Source: Eledone cirrhosa
Lineage: Eukaryota
Reading direction: 5' to 3'
Length of the DNA: 64,000 nt
NCBI GenBank assembly: GCA_964016885.1
Contig: OZ024742.1
Span: forward strand, 311,054,001 to 311,118,000
The first letter of the stretch is position 1, and each line of letters starts with the position of its first letter. Positions 57,715 through 64,000 of the stretch are shown piece by piece. Under the pieces are notes generated by a model. It was not told the DNA's origin, ran no database searches, and saw nothing but the letters and a program-made list of their open reading frames with translations. Made by a program: the position numbers and the translations under genes.

Positions 57715-57763
57715 GATATATATATATATATATATATATATCATATATATATATATATATATA

Positions 57764-57868
<105 letters not shown>

Positions 57869-58517
57869 TGTGTGTGTGTACATGAGTGTGTGGTGTAGGA
57901 ACGGAAATATGGGAAACTTTGGGGGGGGGGTTGATTTGATAAAAATAAAACAAAAAAATGTGTGAGGAAAATTTAACTGCTATTTCTAGTAGATCAAGAA
58001 AGCGCATAGTAACTCCTTCATTAGCTCACATGTTAAACTTGTTTTGGGAGAGGAGGGGGTTTTTTGTGCGTCTGTCTGTGTGTGTGTGTGTGTATGTGCG
58101 TGTGCGTGTGTGTGTGTGTATGTGTATGTGTGTGCGTGTGTGTGAGTTTGTAGGTGTTTTGTGCGTCTGTGTGTGTGTGTGTGCATGTGTGTGTGCGTGT
58201 GTGTGTGTGTGTGTTTGTGGGTTTGTGTGTGTGTGTGTGTGTGTGTGTCTGTGTGTGTGCGCGGGTGTGTGCGTATGTGTGTGGGTGTGTGTGTGTGTGT
58301 GTGTTAGCACCAGGTTAGATTTGACCCATCATTCTATTGGGTATTGCATATCTAGGATTACATTATCCAATGTGCCCCGCACGTTTTTGTTTCAGCATAG
58401 TAGGTGAAATGAAGTGTCTTGCTCAAGAACACAACGTACCGCCCAGTCCAGGAAACGAACGCATGACCTTACAATCATGAGCCCCACTTGTTAACCTCTC
58501 GGTCTTGTGTCTTCACT

Positions 58518-58990
58518 AATTATGTAATTATGTATTTTGTAATTGTGTATTAACTATCTAATTGTCTATCAATTGTGTAACTAGTCATTGTGTGATTATG
58601 TATTAATTGTGCAATTATATATTAATTATGTGTTAATTACTTATTAATTATATAATTATGTATCAATTATGTGTTGATTACATATTAATTATATAATTAT
58701 GTATTAATTATGTGTTAATTGTGCATTAATTATGTATTAATTGTGTAATTTTTTATTAATTATGTAATTATGTGTTTATTGTGTAATTATGTATTGATTA
58801 TGTAATTATTTATTAATTATGCACTAATTGTGTAATTATGTATTAATTATGTGTTAATTATGTGACCATGTAGACAATATATAACCTTATAATTATGTAT
58901 ACATTTTGTAAATATGTAATTATGTAAATATGAGTTTAATTCTATATGTAATTTATGCATTTAGTAAATATGTAATTAAGAATCATATAC
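58518..58990. repeat. Degenerate AT-rich minisatellite (TAATTATG-like)
   Basis: Recurrent taattatg/taattgtg units. Confidence 0.8.
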
Positions 58991-58996
58991 TATATA

Positions 58997-59534
58997 CCGT
59001 ATTTGACGGCGTATAAGACGCATGGCAGACGTGCCAAACTCTAAAAACCCTAACGGGAAGTACCATGAGAAAGGTGCCTCAAAACGGGGAGAAATCAGGC
59101 AAAATGGGGAGATTTTACATAATGAAATCTATACCTATTTTCACAGAAGACATCTCTGACCCACCCCAAAGTGGGTTGGAGATCTCCCCGTCAGACGGGG
59201 AGAGTTGGCGGGTCTGGCATAGGCTTATATGATGCATCACAACTTGGGCAGGCACAAAACAATACTTAAATGGGTTTAAACTACGAATGTCTGGTAAAGG
59301 GTATAAACTTTGTTCATCGTATTTTTTATTATCATTCTATATTGAAATTCTAGTTGTAATAATTTAGTACATTTTAAAAATAGTTTGAAATGTGAAAATT
59401 TAATTTAAGGGCCACTGTAACACTAGAACTCCACTAGCCAGTAACCTAAACTGTCCCGTAAAAAACGCAGGGTGATTTTCTGGGACATTTTCTTAGTAAA
59501 AAAAAAGTGCGTCTTATAAGCCATCAAATATGGT
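58997..59534. mobile_element. pogo/Tigger-like MITE with a nested TIR element (about 59026-59216)
   Basis: TA|CCGTATTTGACGGCGTATAAGACGCA ... TGCGTCTTATAAGCCATCAAATATGG|TA; inner CAGACGTGCCAAACTCT/AGAGTTGGCGGGTCTG. Confidence 0.75.
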
Positions 59535-62388
59535 AATTATGTAACAATACATTTAATTATGTAGTCATGTAATAATGTATTTACTTTCATAATTACAGTA
59601 TAGACGAATGATTAAGAAGTGCCCTTCATAATCACGAGATCCCGGTTTCGGTCCTACAGCGTGGTATCTTGAGCAAGTATTTTTACCATAGCCTCAAGTC
59701 CAGCCAAATGGAGTGTAAGTGTAAGTGTAATTCTAGCATTCCCACAATATTGTGTCACGCTGATTCTGCCTGGGAGGGTTATGTTAAGGGTACACGTGTC
59801 TATGAAATACTCATCCGATGAGTATGTAGTTCAGTTGATCGAAGAACTGAACACCCATCATTGAAACCGACGGAAATTCATTTGCCTTACTTTACGTGTT
59901 TGTATAAATTAGATAATCTAAAGGGCGACGGATTATTATTGTCGTCGTCGTTATCATCATCATTATCATCTCATCATCATCATCACCGCCACCGCCGCCA
60001 CCACTAATGATCTTCACTGAAGTTGAGTGAGAGACAGGCTCTATAATTTAATGTGATGTGAAAGGCAAGCATTGACAAAGAGCACGCTAGAAAACTAATA
60101 TAGTTTACTCTAAAAGCTTCAATAAAGTATCACATACTCTCGGCGGGCTCCAAATAATAGGGGAGTGGAATAAGCGGGGGAGTTGGAATATTCGGGTGGG
60201 GTGGAAATCGATAACTTTTCTAGGTTGTCACCGTTGACTTTTTAAAAACAGAATTAGTCGTTTAGTTAATATATTGAGACCCCAACCCATCCTATATTTT
60301 ATAACGTATGGGATTTCTAGTAATGTACTTTTTTTTTGTGTCTAAAATAAAATTAATTATCGCAAGAATGCAACCACTTAAAATAAAATTTCACCGGGGA
60401 TAGATTAGCAAAATTTAATAAGCGGGGGGGGGGGGGGTCTTAAAATTAATAAACAGGGAGGGAGAGATTATTCAAGACCCGAGAATCCTGTGTTGTTTCG
60501 TCTCAGATCAACTCTATTTGAATAAATCTATAATCATAAGAGTTCCAGCCGTGACCATCCTGCATTTTTTTCAGGCGTCGGTTATCTAATACTACATTAG
60601 CCAATATAAATTTTAGAGATCTAGATATATTTTTAAGATAGTATTATGTAGTCTATGGGAAATACAGCTGCTATTTCGTGCAGTTCTAGCGGCCATTTAC
60701 AGGCTCATTTGTTAAATCGTTTCTGCTATATTTAAAGTACTGCGGCTAAACTAACAACGTATTACCTGGAGATAATTCAACATTCAATTGAGAGTAACTT
60801 CCCTTGACAAAATTACACTGACATATAAAAACATTTTTTTTTATAGTGTTTAATATTTAAATTAGTGCGCCCTGGGTAAGTAAATGGACCTCCGTTTCTT
60901 TCGATAATGAGTGTTCTAGTTGTTCGAGCAACGGAAAGGGCTAGACATTAAATTAACATCTAAGGAACTGAGTATTCCATAAACATGTGTACCCTTGCAA
61001 CTGACATTGACACAGTGTGTAACAAAGCTGGCCCTTTGAAATACTGACATAGTCCATCTGAGAAGCTTCCAGTTTCCATTTACCCAGTTTCACTTCTAAG
61101 GCTTCCGTCAGCCTGAGGTTATAGTAAAAGTTACATGCTAAAGGTGCCACGCAAAGGAATTGTGAAACGAACTTCTTAACTATTAGTACAGGCCCACAGC
61201 CTAATCACCACCACCCCTCCTCATTCTTCTGTGACACAAGAGCCCTTGCTTTTCGGTTTTATTTTGTATTTTCTTATTTTACATTCCATTCTTTCTTCTC
61301 AATCTAATTTTTTTTCTTTTTCTATTAAATTGTTTTTTCTAATATGTACATATCTATATAATTTCCTGTGTTGCATCACTATATAATAGAAAATAAATAA
61401 TCTATGTTTACATAAAGACTTCAATTCAATACATCTATATATACATACATGTGTGTATGTGTGCATGTGTGTGTGTGTGTGTGTGTGTGTTAGTTCGAAA
61501 TAACAAACAAACGTAGGAATACAATAGTACATGGTGGAATGCTTGTTGGTTTTAGTTATAAATAATCATATCGAGTTTTCTCCCTTATATACTTACCTCC
61601 CTTATTGCAAATTCTTGAAGAAATAAGGAGTTCGATATAATAAAATGCCTATTGACATAGGTTTTAAATATAAACAATGCACTTTTTTCTAAATCAGTGA
61701 AAGAAGATAATTTACAATTTGGAGGGATTTATTAAAATAACTGACTTTCTCATTAAGCTGAAGTTGATACAACTTGACAAAGCTCCTTACATAAAATTAT
61801 AGTTTTCAGGTAAATATGTTTATATGGATCTGTAACTTATGAGGGAGTCAAAAGGGCACCATTATGGACCTTAAATTTGGTGAAGTCCATTCTCCTCCAA
61901 GTCTGAACATGGCCAATTTCTTCCAAAGAAGACAAAATAAGGTGAGTGAGTGGGGAAAGTGGAAGAAGCAACCTCAGTACTGGACTGGTACTTTTTTTTT
62001 TATCGACCTCAAAAGTTGACCTCAGTGGGATTTGTACTCAGAGAGTAGAAGAGAACCCGAATGAATACTGCAAAGCATTCTATCTAACGTTCTGAAGACT
62101 CTGCCAATTCACTGCACCTGAGATAAAATAAACAGTTTTGTATTGTAGAACCAAGAGTGGAGAGGTTTAGTATTGAAAGGGTTAATTAAGTAGTTTTACA
62201 ACTGGAACCCTTTCATCATTTGGTATTCGAGATGTTGTCGGGAGCTGGGCTGCCGACAACAGAATTCTTGTCATCGTTGGTGGCTCGCCTCATCGTGGTG
62301 TTATGTGATGCCTGCGATGCTATTTGGTTATTTTAGCATCTTAGCCTCTCTATTACCTGCAAGTGTGTTGGCTTGCATCAAGAATGAT

Positions 62389-62628
62389 TAACTCTCTAAC
62401 ATTTGAACCAGCTGTATCTGGCCAGAAACCTCTCATCTCTTTCTGTTCAAACCAACCGTAACTTGCTACTCAGACTGATGTTAAGGTATTGTTCTCAAAA
62501 TAAATAATATCAAAATCTCATAGATTCAATATTATGTGAGATAATTATTTCAGATAAAGCTTTTACCATGAAAATACAATATTGTAAATAATGTAAATAG
62601 TATATATAATGTAAATGCTAAGGGGTTA
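62389..62628. mobile_element. piggyBac-like MITE (inverted relative at about 49790-50022)
   Basis: TTAA flanks; CTCTCTAACATTT / AAATGCTAAGGGG ends. Confidence 0.65.
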
Positions 62629-63113
62629 AAGGGAAACTCCAGCGTCCCTTGTTATGGTGTGTTTGAATGTGTCTTCTCCCTTCACTCTTCTTTTTTCCTT
62701 ATTATCCCCCAGTATTTTTTCAGTACTGTATATATCTAGATAGGCTTTACATATGTTTTATTACTACTGATGAGTTAAACTGATCCATACATTAATTAAT
62801 GCAAGGAGCAATAAACATCTTAGTAGAAATGGTAAATACAGTACAGAGATCATGTAAATTTCCATAATTTTATTCAAAAATGGTTCAAATATTACACTAT
62901 GTTCATACATACATATGTACATATACATGTATATACGTTTTGTCCAGGTATGTATGTATGTTTAATCCACATATGTATGTATTAAACAAAATTAATAAAC
63001 GAAAATATTTAATCCATTAAAGAAATGGAAGCAAAAAAAAAAAAGAATAAAATCCAACTAAATTATTTATCCTGTGGCAATGTGATAAGTTGATATCGTT
63101 CCCCATGAGAGGT

Positions 63114-63144
<31 letters not shown>

Positions 63145-63563
63145 GTAAATAGGAGGGGTTTGTTTACATGTGAACCGAGTTTATGAACAAATTATGCATA
63201 CATTACTATGCAGGGCTGTGTAAGCATATTATGTGTCAGAAGTATATGTGTGTATACATATGTATATTATATATGTGTATGTGTGTATGTGTATGCGTGT
63301 ATGTGCATACATATGTACTCACATGCATATATATATATACACACACACACATATTTAGAAAGAAAATATTCGACCATGAACTCCTAGTTTCTGAATATTT
63401 ACTTCCTAAATATACCTACTCTGCATCCCATTATACATTGAGTACTACTTTAATCAGTAGTCTTTCCAGGCTTAGCACCATGGACACTCTCGCTCTCATA
63501 TATATATACACATAGTCAGTGGTACAAATGAAACAAGAAAAGGCAATCAACACATGAGGAGAC

Positions 63564-63646
<83 letters not shown>

Positions 63647-64000
63647 AATTTGGCTTAACTCTGCTCTACCAACATTTTCATGAGGGAAATATGTCTATAT
63701 CATCAGGTGATATTTATTTATATATATATACATATGGAGGCACATGGCTGAGTGGTTAGAGCATTGGCCTTGCAATCGAAAGTTGTGAGTTCAATTCTCA
63801 CACTGGGTGATGTGTTGTTTCCTTGAGCAAGACACTTTATTTCACATTGCTCCAGTTTACTCAACTGTAGAAATGAGATGACAGAAAACATTCAATGAAT
63901 ACCAAACACTTACCTCTTCAGCTGCAACACAAATGTGCACTGTGCAGCAAAATGTGTTAACCTAAAGTTGGACTTCAAAGACATATACACAATATTGTCA

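Overview
Repeat-dense, AT-rich animal genomic DNA. It is probably mollusc or cephalopod, inferred from the tRNA-derived SINEs and the very high (TA)n/(CA)n load. I can support no host protein-coding gene, and most listed ORFs are microsatellite artefacts. Recognisable mobile elements are: a near-intact Tx1-like L1-clade LINE in (GATA)n; a decayed relative plus a 3' fragment in (TAA)n; three Penelope-like element (PLE) GIY-YIG remnants; an internally deleted Gypsy LTR element; a mariner/Tc1 relic; hAT, pogo, piggyBac and Helitron-type non-autonomous elements; and many SINEs. The main hidden signal is RNA-level. The short 'unique' islands between the (TA)n tracts mostly look like PLE-type 3' ends or non-autonomous units. 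They carry type I hammerhead ribozyme (HHR) folds: about 15 with a complete core and about 7 variant or degenerate ones, from many unrelated families. These include C3-G8 to U3-A8 covariants, palindromic stem III, and 450-490 nt terminally redundant retrozyme-like units. All folds were read by eye, and no cleavage activity is demonstrated.
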